64,000 bases of DNA from a virus (Duplodnaviria > Caudoviricetes): IMG/VR virus record IMGVR_UViG_3300032030_000005, positions 1 to 64,000 of that record. The stretch is one strand, 5' to 3'. The notes under the pieces are model-generated. The model saw nothing but the letters and a program-made list of their open reading frames with translations. It did not search any database and was not told the DNA's origin. Position 1 is the stretch's first letter; the number at the start of each line of letters is the position of its first letter. Below, piece after piece: positions 1 to 9,604 of the stretch. Both the position numbers and the translations under genes were made by a program.

Positions 1-431
1 TATATTGAAAGATTAAAAAGAAAAATATTGATAGATACTAAAAAACATAATGGTAAATTGAATAAAACTAAATTTAATTTAACTAATAAACAAATTGAAA
101 TATTATTTATTAATATTTAATTGAATATTTTATTTAAAGAAATTAATAAATTTATTTTATTAATTTCTTTTTTTTTTATTTATATATTTTTTGTTATTTA
201 TAAATTTTTTATTAAATTAATTTTTGAAAATTTTTACAATTTTTATTTATTTCATTTTCGTTTTATTTATTATATATTTTTTTATATTTTATTTAAAAAA
301 ATATATATAAAAATATATATTTAAATAACTACAAACTTATTTCCCTCTATATTAGTTAGTTACCAACGAAATTTAAAAATAAATTCCAAATTCACTTATA
401 CCAGAAGATCATGAAATTGATGCTCGAAAAT

Positions 432-444
432 AAATATATATTAT
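432..444 (+). promoter_or_regulatory. Early-type phage promoter motif AAATATATATTAT. Other copies: + 5044-5056, 21443-21455, 23097-23107, 39547-39558; - 44319-44330, 44764-44776, 52724-52736, 53062-53074, 56093-56105, 62525-62537
   Basis: The same 11-13 nt motif recurs in intergenic DNA, oriented toward accessory or RNAP genes or toward structured non-coding units. Confidence 0.75.
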
Positions 445-564
445 TTATATGAATAAGTGTTAATAATGTTATTCTTTTTTACCTGCCGATAATATTTATT
501 AATGATTTATTCAATATGTATTAAACCTTTAAACAAAATTCATTAAAAACGAGGTACAAGGATT

Positions 565-1434
565 ATGAAAACATTTTGTGCATTAACTGTAGAAACAATA
601 CAGAACGGTATATCTACTACAGAGAAATTCCGTGGTAAAGATTTACCTTTATTTCGTCTTAATGGCGATTGGTACTGTTTCCACAGGTATAACAAGGTAT
701 TCAACTCTGTAATCATTACAGACGGCCTTACAATTGAGCCAGAGAAAATGTATTATGTTATTCTGGAAAATTACAAAGGTACTCTGCATGAAGTAGCAAT
801 GTCGGATATACTTGTTAAAAGTCTTTCTTCAAATAGTGTATCGATTGAAGGAAGTAAGGCTGAAACAACTGAAGTAACAGTTCCAGAGTCGGTTATTGAT
901 GTTGACTATAAGCCTACACTTGCCGAAGTAGCGGTTACTAAAAACTACAACGGTAAAAAACCTTTAACAACTCCGTTTACTGCTATTAAAAATACCATTG
1001 GTGCCGGTATTAAAAACTTAAAAGGAAAAGTTAGAGGTAGAGGGGACTCTTCATGCCATATCAAAAGCGAGATTACTGATCCAGGTTCAATCAATAGTAT
1101 CGTTTGGAATGATAGATATAATAGAAATGGCTATTATGTTGGCATTGAGAGAACCTTAACTTTTGGTGTTAACCATTATACTATTGTATTAAAGGTTGAC
1201 AACGGATTAAGCAAGAGAGTTTATAGAACGAATATGACGTTCCGTTCTCTTGAAGAACTTCATAAGAAGTTTCCTTATACATTTAAGGAATACAACTCTT
1301 ATGATGGCGGTAAGATACTTAATGTGATTATATCAAATGAGTATAAGAACAATAAGTGTCTTGAAGATACAATTGGTAACAGAACGACCGTTACCGAAAA
1401 CACATTAGCCAAACTTATCGATAAGTTTGACTAA
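565..1434 (+). CDS. Hypothetical early protein
   Basis: 289-aa ORF with GAGG SD, downstream of an early motif and followed by a hairpin. Confidence 0.8.
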   Translation: MKTFCALTVETIQNGISTTEKFRGKDLPLFRLNGDWYCFHRYNKVFNSVIITDGLTIEPEKMYYVILENYKGTLHEVAMSDILVKSLSSNSVSIEGSKAETTEVTVPESVIDVDYKPTLAEVAVTKNYNGKKPLTTPFTAIKNTIGAGIKNLKGKVRGRGDSSCHIKSEITDPGSINSIVWNDRYNRNGYYVGIERTLTFGVNHYTIVLKVDNGLSKRVYRTNMTFRSLEELHKKFPYTFKEYNSYDGGKILNVIISNEYKNNKCLEDTIGNRTTVTENTLAKLIDKFD

Positions 1435-1459
1435 TAATTTCAGAAAGATACATTTATAT

Positions 1460-1498
1460 GACCCCAAAGATGCTTTGCAAGTTGACATCTTTGGGGTC
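1460..1498 (+). terminator. Intrinsic terminator hairpin
   Basis: gaccccaaagatg...catctttggggtc followed by a T-run. Confidence 0.7.
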
Positions 1499-1509
1499 AA
1501 AATTTTTTT

Positions 1510-2868
1510 ATGAAGGAGTTTTTATTTATGTATTTTCCAGAAATCGATAATTTTGATAGAACTAATTTATCATTTCCACTATCTATAACACCATTCCATT
1601 ATGATTATGAAAATATACTTAAATTATATTGCCTTAAAAACAAGGAAGAGTTTTTTAAGAAAAATGCTGAATACTATTCAGAAGAAGAAAAATTAATCAC
1701 TCTTGAAAGTATTAAAAAAAGTTCTATGCCGATTGATATAACAAATTTTAATAATTATTTATATAGAACTTTAAATAAAATGGATCAACTTCATTTTAGA
1801 GATGGAGATATATTTGTTGGTGTAAATAAATATATTATTTATAAATTTTATAATATGTTTGGAAAATTAGCACCTAAAGAATTTCAAAATGTAAATAAAA
1901 AAACAGTTATAAAAAAACCAGATGATTATCTTGAATATTTTGAATTTATGTTTAAACTTTTAAAAGATATGCATAAAAAATTCAATAAAGTTAAAAAAAG
2001 TAATAGCTATTTAGAATTATTATCATTTGTAAAATATCCAGATACAAACTTTAAGGAGTTTTCAAATGATCTTTATATTAAAAGTTATAATACGTTTATA
2101 GAATTTGTAAGAGATGGATGTTATAAATATGAATATGAATATAAATTATGTAGACTCAATTATATAACTCCAGAGTACAATGAAACTATTAAACAAGATA
2201 TAATTAAATATGAACCTGAAAAAGCTGTTGAAAGATTTGTAATATATAATCTTATGAAACCTTATATCATGGCATTAGGAGACTATGAATTTGATAAAGA
2301 ATTATTAAAATTATATAATTCCTCAAATATTATTGAAAATTGTCAATCAGCCACATCTTCTATAATAAAAGTTAATGATGATGGAACAGTAGATATTGGA
2401 AAATACAATGAGAAATTTTATCTTGAAAAGATGTTTCATATTTTAATGCATTTACATTTTGATACAAATTCTAAATACTATAAGAGTAAGAAAACAGAAA
2501 AGTATATTAATGAATATTTAGAATTTATAAAAGTTAATGCAGTAGATGTATATTGCTGTTTAAAAACTTATATGACAAAAACATCAAATAATGCTACAGG
2601 AACATTTTCTAATCCTGTATTTTTATATCCATTATGGGATATGATAAATAATATTTGTAAAGAAGTATTATTAAATAATAAAGATATTGATGAAACTTTA
2701 GAGCTTTATGGCTTAAAAGCTACAAAGTTTAAAAGTATGATAAAAAATGACAAAGATAATAAATATTTAACAAAAATGCTTATAGAAAATAATTTGGATA
2801 TTAAAGAATCTGCTTTAAAATTAGGTTTTAAAGAAAAAGATCTTCCTAATATCCTTTTATCAATATAA
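1510..2868 (+). CDS. Hypothetical protein (likely start ATG 1528 after AAGGAG)
   Basis: 452-aa ORF; possible helix-turn-helix-like C-terminus. Confidence 0.75.
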   Translation: MKEFLFMYFPEIDNFDRTNLSFPLSITPFHYDYENILKLYCLKNKEEFFKKNAEYYSEEEKLITLESIKKSSMPIDITNFNNYLYRTLNKMDQLHFRDGDIFVGVNKYIIYKFYNMFGKLAPKEFQNVNKKTVIKKPDDYLEYFEFMFKLLKDMHKKFNKVKKSNSYLELLSFVKYPDTNFKEFSNDLYIKSYNTFIEFVRDGCYKYEYEYKLCRLNYITPEYNETIKQDIIKYEPEKAVERFVIYNLMKPYIMALGDYEFDKELLKLYNSSNIIENCQSATSSIIKVNDDGTVDIGKYNEKFYLEKMFHILMHLHFDTNSKYYKSKKTEKYINEYLEFIKVNAVDVYCCLKTYMTKTSNNATGTFSNPVFLYPLWDMINNICKEVLLNNKDIDETLELYGLKATKFKSMIKNDKDNKYLTKMLIENNLDIKESALKLGFKEKDLPNILLSI

Positions 2869-2873
2869 AGAAT

Positions 2874-2912
2874 AAAAATCTCTTAAGGCTAATAACCTTA
2901 AGAGATTTTTTT
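2874..2912. terminator. Bidirectional terminator between convergent genes
   Basis: aaaaatctcttaagg-ctaataa-ccttaagagattttt. Confidence 0.8.
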
Positions 2913-2915
2913 TTA

Positions 2916-3806
2916 TTATTTCTTAGAAATCTTTCCACCTAAAAGATATACATAATCAGTACCACCCATATAACCAATACCAAGTGCATATCTCTTCTGG
3001 AATTCATTAATAGCTGCCATAGTCTTCTGACCACATATACCGTCTGCTATGCCACAGTTAAAGCCTAAGTCGTTAAGACGTTCTTGTACCCATCTTACTA
3101 ATGGTCCACGATCATTACGTTCTATAGTAAAGTCAGCTAAAGCTGTATAAGTCTTTGGACCTGCGATCCCATCTACTGTTAACTTATAACCTTTATTATT
3201 TAAAATCTTCTGAAGCTCTGCAATCTTATCTTCTTTAGCAAAAGTCCAGATAAAGTCATCCATGTTCTTAGTTGCATTATTAGCAGCTGATATTACTGTA
3301 GTACCTGAAGGCTGCTTGCCATTCGTAAGCTCTAACACTTCTGACTTCTTAATTCCATAATAAGAATAGAAATCAGCTGTTACTGTATTATAATTAATAA
3401 TTTCATTACCCTTATAAATTCTATTCTTTAAATCAAGATGAATCCAAGCATAATTACTTGTAATATTAGCAATACCTTTAAATCCCATATCTTGAGCTAA
3501 ACAGCTTAAGAGCTTAGTACTAATAGGCTTACCATTCTTAACAAAGCTACAGTCTGCTGCCTGACCTTCTACGTGAGGTCCTGAACCATAACCTCCGACA
3601 TTTCTATCATGAGTTGAGCATCTATATCCAGAAGAAATTTCACAATAATCAGCTCCAGTTAAATCAACAATTTCTTGAAGCTTTTTAACAAGATCTGTGT
3701 TAATAAGTGTCTGATGACTTCTACCGCATTTACACTTAAACTCACTTACATTAAAATTCTTAGTTAACTGTACATTAGCATTATAAGCAAAACCCTGTAC
3801 TGGCAT
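2916..3806 (-). CDS. Endolysin: peptidase M15 (Zn) domain plus two PG_binding_1 domains
   Basis: SSGYRC...H...GPHVEGQAAD...WIHLD motif; C-terminal LQKILN...VDGIAGPKT and VQERLN...ADGICGQKTMAAINEFQK repeats. Confidence 0.9.
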   Translation of the reverse strand: MPVQGFAYNANVQLTKNFNVSEFKCKCGRSHQTLINTDLVKKLQEIVDLTGADYCEISSGYRCSTHDRNVGGYGSGPHVEGQAADCSFVKNGKPISTKLLSCLAQDMGFKGIANITSNYAWIHLDLKNRIYKGNEIINYNTVTADFYSYYGIKKSEVLELTNGKQPSGTTVISAANNATKNMDDFIWTFAKEDKIAELQKILNNKGYKLTVDGIAGPKTYTALADFTIERNDRGPLVRWVQERLNDLGFNCGIADGICGQKTMAAINEFQKRYALGIGYMGGTDYVYLLGGKISKK

Positions 3807-3833
3807 AATAATTCCTCCTTAAAAATTAAAATA

Positions 3834-3845
3834 TATTATAATGTT
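3834..3845 (-). promoter_or_regulatory. Late promoter AACA-N6-TA. Other copies: - 5051-5062, 20738-20749, 21319-21330, 27171-27182, 36595-36606, 49994-50005, 52068-52079, 55703-55714; + 36632-36643, 56125-56136, 62541-62552. AACT variants: 38707-38718(-), 38724-38735(+), 43905-43916(-)
   Basis: Motif lies a short distance upstream of most structural and lysis gene starts, in the correct orientation; matches the AR9 nvRNAP late consensus. Confidence 0.75.
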
Positions 3846-3919
3846 GACAATACTAAAATATATTATTAAATAAAAATATATCCCTTAACACTATATAGTG
3901 TTAAGGGATATTATTAACT

Positions 3920-5020
3920 TTATTTATTCTTCTTGTAATATTTTTTTACTACTTCTTCTGCTTTTTTAAGATGAATACCAAATCCATTATCATTTTTAGC
4001 TTCTTCTTTAGTGTCATAAATATATGTAGACCAATCCCACCATAACATTCCACCAAAGCGTTCTTCAGGTAAAAATACTTCTAAACAAGATTCATAGAAA
4101 TCAGCCTGTTCTTGTTCATTAACAGCTAAATCTGTTTTATCAAATGCCCAAGGTTCTTTACTTGCTCCTTCAGCACTACGACAGCCTATTTCCATAAAGA
4201 GGTATTGCTTTCCGAGCTTATCAGAAAGTTTATTCATACGTTCTTTAACTTTTTCCCATTCTTTTTTCATATCTTCTTTAGTATTACCATTTTCACCAAC
4301 TGGATAGTAAGCAGATGTTCCTATATAATCTAAAGCACTAATCCATTCAGCATCTTCTTCATGATCATGATTAGAATTATATATTAATTTTCCTGAATAT
4401 ATCTTACGGATCTCATCTATAAGATATAACCATTCGTACTTTCTATGTTCCGTACCCATTAATTCACAACCGATACAGAGCATTTCTACACCTAATTCTT
4501 CAGCTAATTCTGCATATTTGAGCATAAAATGCTTATAATTATCAAACCATTCTTTCCAATATGAAGTATCATATTCATTTAATACCTTATCAGGGAATTT
4601 AATATATGCTCTCCATATTTCATCTTCGGAATTAAGCATAGGCTTTAAACATACTTTAACATTTTTAGCATGAGCTCTACGAACAAATTTCTCTATATCT
4701 CTGTCTGAAATTGTTCGTACATAATCACTGTAAATATGTGTCGAATAATAAGTCTTCTGATAATTCGTAACAGCTAAACATACCCAGTTGTTACCTAATT
4801 CATATAATATCTCTTGAGAATGTATACCTTTAGGACTAGATATCTCACCAGCATTAGCCATATAGCCATACGTATATCCTAAAATTTTTTTCGACTGAAT
4901 TTCTTTATTTGGTGTATTAAAAGAATAGCCATCTGAATAACCTATCTCTGGATAGTAATTATTATTAACAAAATAACCACCATCACTACCAAATAAATAA
5001 TCATTTACATTAACAGCCAT
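3920..5020 (-). CDS. Glycoside hydrolase family 113 (beta-mannanase-like TIM barrel)
   Basis: KVCLKPMLN, WRAYI, WFDNY, CIGCELMG, YNSNH, IGTSAYYP, FMEIGCRS and GMLWWDW motifs typical of GH113. Confidence 0.85.
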   Translation of the reverse strand: MAVNVNDYLFGSDGGYFVNNNYYPEIGYSDGYSFNTPNKEIQSKKILGYTYGYMANAGEISSPKGIHSQEILYELGNNWVCLAVTNYQKTYYSTHIYSDYVRTISDRDIEKFVRRAHAKNVKVCLKPMLNSEDEIWRAYIKFPDKVLNEYDTSYWKEWFDNYKHFMLKYAELAEELGVEMLCIGCELMGTEHRKYEWLYLIDEIRKIYSGKLIYNSNHDHEEDAEWISALDYIGTSAYYPVGENGNTKEDMKKEWEKVKERMNKLSDKLGKQYLFMEIGCRSAEGASKEPWAFDKTDLAVNEQEQADFYESCLEVFLPEERFGGMLWWDWSTYIYDTKEEAKNDNGFGIHLKKAEEVVKKYYKKNK

Positions 5021-5092
5021 ATTTAGTTCCTCCTTTTTTTTATAAATATATATTATATTGTTGACATTTAAATAATTAAGGAGGTAAAAACG

Positions 5093-6028
5093 ATGTCAGA
5101 CAATATAGTTAAAATAGAAGGAAAGGCTGATATTAAAAACTATTGTAGAGAACATGAAATCTCTATAATAGATTTTAATGAACCTGTAGAATTGCAGGAA
5201 TATTGTTGGTGCAATGGACTATTTGATGGTTGTTATAGTTTTAATCAACCGGTAAAACTCCCTGAAAATGCATCATGTGGTGATTTGAGGTATATGTTCA
5301 GAGATTGTTACTCATTTAATAATGATGTAATTTTCCCGGATAGATACAATGGTAATAATACATTATTCTCGCATATGTTTGATAATTGTATTTCTCTGAA
5401 AAGAATGATAATTCCTTCATTCTTTAATAAAGAAAAGGTTTTTAACAATTGTTATAGCCTAGAAGAAGTAATTATTAAAGATATAGATATTTTTAATAAT
5501 TGCAGTCATGAATCATATACAGGAAATAATTTTCTACATGAAAATTTCTATAATTGCATTAACTTAAAAAGAGTCAATGAATTGACTTATGAATCAATGA
5601 TGGAAAAAGACATTGATCTCTTAAGTACAGGAAGTGCTCATTTATTTAAGTTAGCATTCCCAGAAGATCAATTCATCTTTAAGAATTACTACGGAATTAA
5701 AAACACAATTATACCAGCAAGTTCAATGTTACTGGAAATTAAAAATAAAAATACAGGGGAACACTATGATTATGATTATAAAATAAACAGCAGAAATAAT
5801 CTAGTCGAATATAATCGTATGATTGGACACATGGCCAAATACGGTAAAAATAAAATAGAGTTTAGTCCTGTTATATTTCTTGCATATGGTGAAACAGCTG
5901 GATATAAAACTATGCGAAAGTTTGCGTCATTAGGAAGACCTGATGATATGTTCAAAATAACTATATTTCTTGAAAATGATGACTTCATTCTTGAGAAAGC
6001 ATATGGGCAGACAATAATCGAATTATAA
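5093..6028 (+). CDS. BspA/DUF285-like leucine-rich-repeat protein
   Basis: FNEPV/FNQPV and MFxxCxSL repeats; no signal peptide. Confidence 0.8.
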   Translation: MSDNIVKIEGKADIKNYCREHEISIIDFNEPVELQEYCWCNGLFDGCYSFNQPVKLPENASCGDLRYMFRDCYSFNNDVIFPDRYNGNNTLFSHMFDNCISLKRMIIPSFFNKEKVFNNCYSLEEVIIKDIDIFNNCSHESYTGNNFLHENFYNCINLKRVNELTYESMMEKDIDLLSTGSAHLFKLAFPEDQFIFKNYYGIKNTIIPASSMLLEIKNKNTGEHYDYDYKINSRNNLVEYNRMIGHMAKYGKNKIEFSPVIFLAYGETAGYKTMRKFASLGRPDDMFKITIFLENDDFILEKAYGQTIIEL

Positions 6029-6039
6029 AGGAGAATTTT

Positions 6040-7104
6040 ATGTTAAAGATAAGAAACAGATTCGATTTATATGAATATTGTAATGAAAAGGGTACGCCAC
6101 TTTCAGGATTCAATGAACCAGTTAAAATTGAACTCGAAAAAGGTGATAGATCTTTAAGTGGTCTATTCGCAGATTGTAATAGTTTTAATCAAGATATTAT
6201 AATTCCATCTGGAGTTACCAATATATCTGCAATACTTAAAAACTGCTATAGTTTTAATTCTAAAATTATATTCGAAGATGGAGATAATAATGTAATATAT
6301 AATGCAGCGAATGCTTTTAAAAACTGCTTATCATTAGAGCATATAGATCTAAATCTTCCGTATCTAAAAGAATCTATGGTTGAAGACATGTTTTTAAATT
6401 GTTCTTCATTAAAAACATGTAAATTGAAATTAAGATTTAATCCACTGACTAATCTTGGTGGAATATTCTATAATTGCTATAACTTAGAAGAGCTTATTAT
6501 AAATGATGATAATAAGGGTATTTCATATCCTAATCCACGAGAAGATCATCTGTTTAAGCTTGATAAGAAAACAAAGAATATTTTCAATAAGTTTAATAAA
6601 TGGAATTTCTTACATCTCAAACTATGTTCAGCCAATGAATATATACATAGGGCCGTGAGTTCAATTATACCACCAACACAATTAGCAAAATCCAAAACTT
6701 ATGTATATACAGATGATGGCACAAAATATTTATTAAATTTTAATCAAAATAATCTGTATATATTACCAATAGTTATAATTAATGAAAGCACCAAAGAAAG
6801 ATTATATCCTTCACCGGGTTCAGATATCTTTGGTAAAGTAAATGTAATGATGCTTACAACTAATGATGAAATAGGTAAGACACATAAAGTAAAATTCCTT
6901 TATACAGATACTTTGTTGGATCATAAAATAGTTCATGAAATAAATGAACTAATTGTAAATAAACCTTTTGAGTTAAAGATTTGTAGAAGAATAGGTTATA
7001 AAGATGATCCAACCTATCTAACAAGTACTTTTGTAAATGTGTATGTTGATAATGATACGTATACTACAATAAAAGCTAATTGTGAGATATTAAAAAATTT
7101 ATAA
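6040..7104 (+). CDS. BspA/DUF285-like leucine-rich-repeat protein
   Basis: LFADCNSFNQDIIIPSGV-type repeats. Confidence 0.8.
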   Translation: MLKIRNRFDLYEYCNEKGTPLSGFNEPVKIELEKGDRSLSGLFADCNSFNQDIIIPSGVTNISAILKNCYSFNSKIIFEDGDNNVIYNAANAFKNCLSLEHIDLNLPYLKESMVEDMFLNCSSLKTCKLKLRFNPLTNLGGIFYNCYNLEELIINDDNKGISYPNPREDHLFKLDKKTKNIFNKFNKWNFLHLKLCSANEYIHRAVSSIIPPTQLAKSKTYVYTDDGTKYLLNFNQNNLYILPIVIINESTKERLYPSPGSDIFGKVNVMMLTTNDEIGKTHKVKFLYTDTLLDHKIVHEINELIVNKPFELKICRRIGYKDDPTYLTSTFVNVYVDNDTYTTIKANCEILKNL

Positions 7105-7132
7105 AAGACAATAACAATTAATAAAAAAGGAG

Positions 7133-7981
7133 ATGTTCTCAATGTTAGAAATAGAAAAGCATGATGACATTTTAAAGTACTGTTACAAAAACAATATACG
7201 TACTAAAGATTTTAACGAGCCGGTTAAAATATTAGATGGAGCAAATTGTAATGGTCTTTTTAGTCGTTTAGACTCATTTAATCAGGATGTAATAATTCCT
7301 GAAAATGTTCACATGTGTGATTTGAATAAGATGTTCTTTAACTGTCATTCATTTAATAGTAAAGTGATATTTAAAAGCGATAAAGATATTAAATATTACA
7401 ATATGAATAAAATGTTTGACAATTGCTGTAGTTTAGAAAAAATAGATTTAGATGTTTCAATGCAAAAAAAGTCTATTTTTAAAGACTGTTACAATTTAAA
7501 AGAGGTCACGCTAAGGATACATAATACATCAAAACATCTTAATCTTACGTTTCCTTCAGATTTTACAAATTGTATTAATCTTAAAAAAATCAATTGTGAG
7601 TCTAAAATGAATATACTCAGTAAAAGTGAACTTTTCGATAATATGTTATACGGACTACTAAATAAAGAAATAATCTGTAGTTTAAGTTTCTTAAGGACAT
7701 TCAGCGATTCAGTTGATGAAGATATAGCTATGGGATTTTATAATGAAAAAGATCATTCTTTATTTAGTCCAGACATGGTCTATTCAGATGTTTATGGTAT
7801 GTCTGATTTCAGATGGTCCAGATTGTATAAATATATAGATAGACCAGCAATTATCAAAACTATTAAAATAACCGAAAAGCAAACAAGATGGGAAAATGAG
7901 TATATTCCATGTTTATATATCAAAGTTACCCCCGAAGAGTATGCAGAAGAATTATTAACTTATAATTTAGGAGGAAATTAA
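7133..7981 (+). CDS. BspA/DUF285-like leucine-rich-repeat protein
   Basis: FNEPVKI and MFFNCHSFN repeats; C-terminal YAEELLTYNL box. Confidence 0.8.
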   Translation: MFSMLEIEKHDDILKYCYKNNIRTKDFNEPVKILDGANCNGLFSRLDSFNQDVIIPENVHMCDLNKMFFNCHSFNSKVIFKSDKDIKYYNMNKMFDNCCSLEKIDLDVSMQKKSIFKDCYNLKEVTLRIHNTSKHLNLTFPSDFTNCINLKKINCESKMNILSKSELFDNMLYGLLNKEIICSLSFLRTFSDSVDEDIAMGFYNEKDHSLFSPDMVYSDVYGMSDFRWSRLYKYIDRPAIIKTIKITEKQTRWENEYIPCLYIKVTPEEYAEELLTYNLGGN

Positions 7982-7982
7982 T

Positions 7983-8387
7983 ATGAAAAAAGTTATTAGT
8001 ATTTTAATGATAATGATGTTTGCTGTTATGGTAAGTATTTCTTTTACATCTTGTGAAGATGAGGCCTCTACAGTAAGGTACAATCTTGCAAGAGAAGCTG
8101 ATAATTTTAATTGTCAGCGAAGAATTACAGTAATTAATTGCATTACTGGAGACACTTTACTCACAGTAGAAGGTAGATGTAGTATTACTGCTGATCGTGA
8201 CGATAATCAGCTGGAAATCCTTGTTGAATACGAACAGGACCAGTACAAGAAGAATATTATCGGATTATCTGATAATGTAGCATATCTTGTAGAAGACTTA
8301 GATATCTCAGACACAGATCCATATAACTATAAGGTAAATGTTAACCCTAAGATGTGGTGGCCTTATAAATTAGACGTTATTGATTAA
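7983..8387 (+). CDS. Lipoprotein
   Basis: MKK, hydrophobic stretch and FTSC lipobox. Confidence 0.8.
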   Translation: MKKVISILMIMMFAVMVSISFTSCEDEASTVRYNLAREADNFNCQRRITVINCITGDTLLTVEGRCSITADRDDNQLEILVEYEQDQYKKNIIGLSDNVAYLVEDLDISDTDPYNYKVNVNPKMWWPYKLDVID

Positions 8388-8448
8388 AAATAAATTTATC
8401 CCTAAGACTAAAGAAGTCTTAGGGATTTTAATTAAAGGAGGAAATTAT

Positions 8449-9156
8449 ATGAAAAAGATGACTTTAGACGTTAAGATAACTCTAGTAGGTTTATTAGTAT
8501 TAGCTTTTGTCTCAGGTTTATGTTTTAGTATGCTTTTTAATAATACAACTACTGTTAAAGCAATAACAAGAATGAAAGACTTACATTTAGAAGGCAAAAC
8601 AGTTGCTAAAAATTTACATTATGACTTTCCAGATTTGACAGGTACACCATATATAGACATGACCATTCATACAGATGGTTATATTGCTGTAACATATGGT
8701 TTTAATAAAGTAAAATATGATCCAAATGATATGGTTAAAATGCCGAAATTAATTTATGATAATAATTTTTATTACTTAAAAGAAACTTATGACTCTTATT
8801 TTAGAGGTAATAATACAAAATTCGTAAAATCTAATACAGAAGATGGTTTATCTAGTTATGGATTTGAATGTAATGAAGTAATGGATAATGTATCTTATGA
8901 TCATTTTACGTTTATTCCTCTTCAAATAGAAAAAGAAAATATAAGTACTATAATTGAAATTAGACATCCTGATATAGAAACTATAAAGATTGATGTTTCT
9001 GAATATTTAGAACCAAGTTCAAGGGATGCTTATCATTATGATGTTAATCATGATTTTAAGGTTGATATCATGGATTTAATAGATTTAAAGCGTTTCTTGC
9101 TAGGAGATCCAGAATATAGTAATAATGCAAACAAGTTTCAGTTTGGAGGTCAATAA
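8449..9156 (+). CDS. Membrane-anchored or secreted protein with C-terminal dockerin-like repeat
   Basis: SD AAGGAGG before ATG 8449; N-terminal TM helix; C-terminal YDVNHDFKVDIMDLIDLKRFLLG. Confidence 0.75.
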   Translation: MKKMTLDVKITLVGLLVLAFVSGLCFSMLFNNTTTVKAITRMKDLHLEGKTVAKNLHYDFPDLTGTPYIDMTIHTDGYIAVTYGFNKVKYDPNDMVKMPKLIYDNNFYYLKETYDSYFRGNNTKFVKSNTEDGLSSYGFECNEVMDNVSYDHFTFIPLQIEKENISTIIEIRHPDIETIKIDVSEYLEPSSRDAYHYDVNHDFKVDIMDLIDLKRFLLGDPEYSNNANKFQFGGQ

Positions 9157-9287
9157 TGTTTAAAGTTTTAGCATTTATAGTAGTTATATGGTTATTAGTA
9201 TTAATAACTGTAGGCACTATGCTTATCCTTACAGAAGTTATTGGAAAGGATGATAAGGATGACAATGGATCTAAACACGATAGTTAA
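9156..9287 (+). CDS. Small single-pass membrane protein (43 aa, MFKVLAFIVVIWLLVLITVG...)
   Basis: TAATG overlap with the upstream stop; GGAGG SD; not in the ORF track. Confidence 0.7.
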   Translation: MFKVLAFIVVIWLLVLITVGTMLILTEVIGKDDKDDNGSKHDS

Positions 9288-9465
9288 ACTAATTTGTTTA
9301 GCTATAAATATCACTTGTGCTATATGTAGCACATACTGGCTTGTGAAAACCAGTAAAGAATTCAAAGAAGTATTCAAAGAAATTACAAGAGTTTATGAAA
9401 ATGAGGAAACTATTAATAATTTCATAGACTCAGAAGGAAAGTGGACTAAAAATGAAAATGAGTAG
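9265..9465 (+). CDS. Small membrane protein
   Basis: AAGGA SD; hydrophobic N-terminus and charged tail. Confidence 0.65.
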   Translation: MDLNTIVKLICLAINITCAICSTYWLVKTSKEFKEVFKEITRVYENEETINNFIDSEGKWTKNENE

Positions 9466-9604
9466 CGATATTTTAATATTTATTACGGAATTGTTTATCT
9501 GTATAATGCTTGGATTAGCCGTTATACTAACTACCTATTTGATATTTAAGTATATATGGACAGATATTAAAGAAATTAAAGAAAGTAAGGAGAATAAGGA
9601 ATGA
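9452..9604 (+). CDS. Small single-pass membrane protein (50 aa, MKMSSDILIFITELFICIMLGL...)
   Basis: Overlaps both neighbours; TM helix plus charged tail; not in the ORF track. Confidence 0.65.
   Translation: MKMSSDILIFITELFICIMLGLAVILTTYLIFKYIWTDIKEIKESKENKE

Noticed and set aside
121-324. 67-aa Phe/Ile/Tyr-rich ORF
   Set aside because: TTG start, no SD; a by-product of the low-complexity T-rich tract
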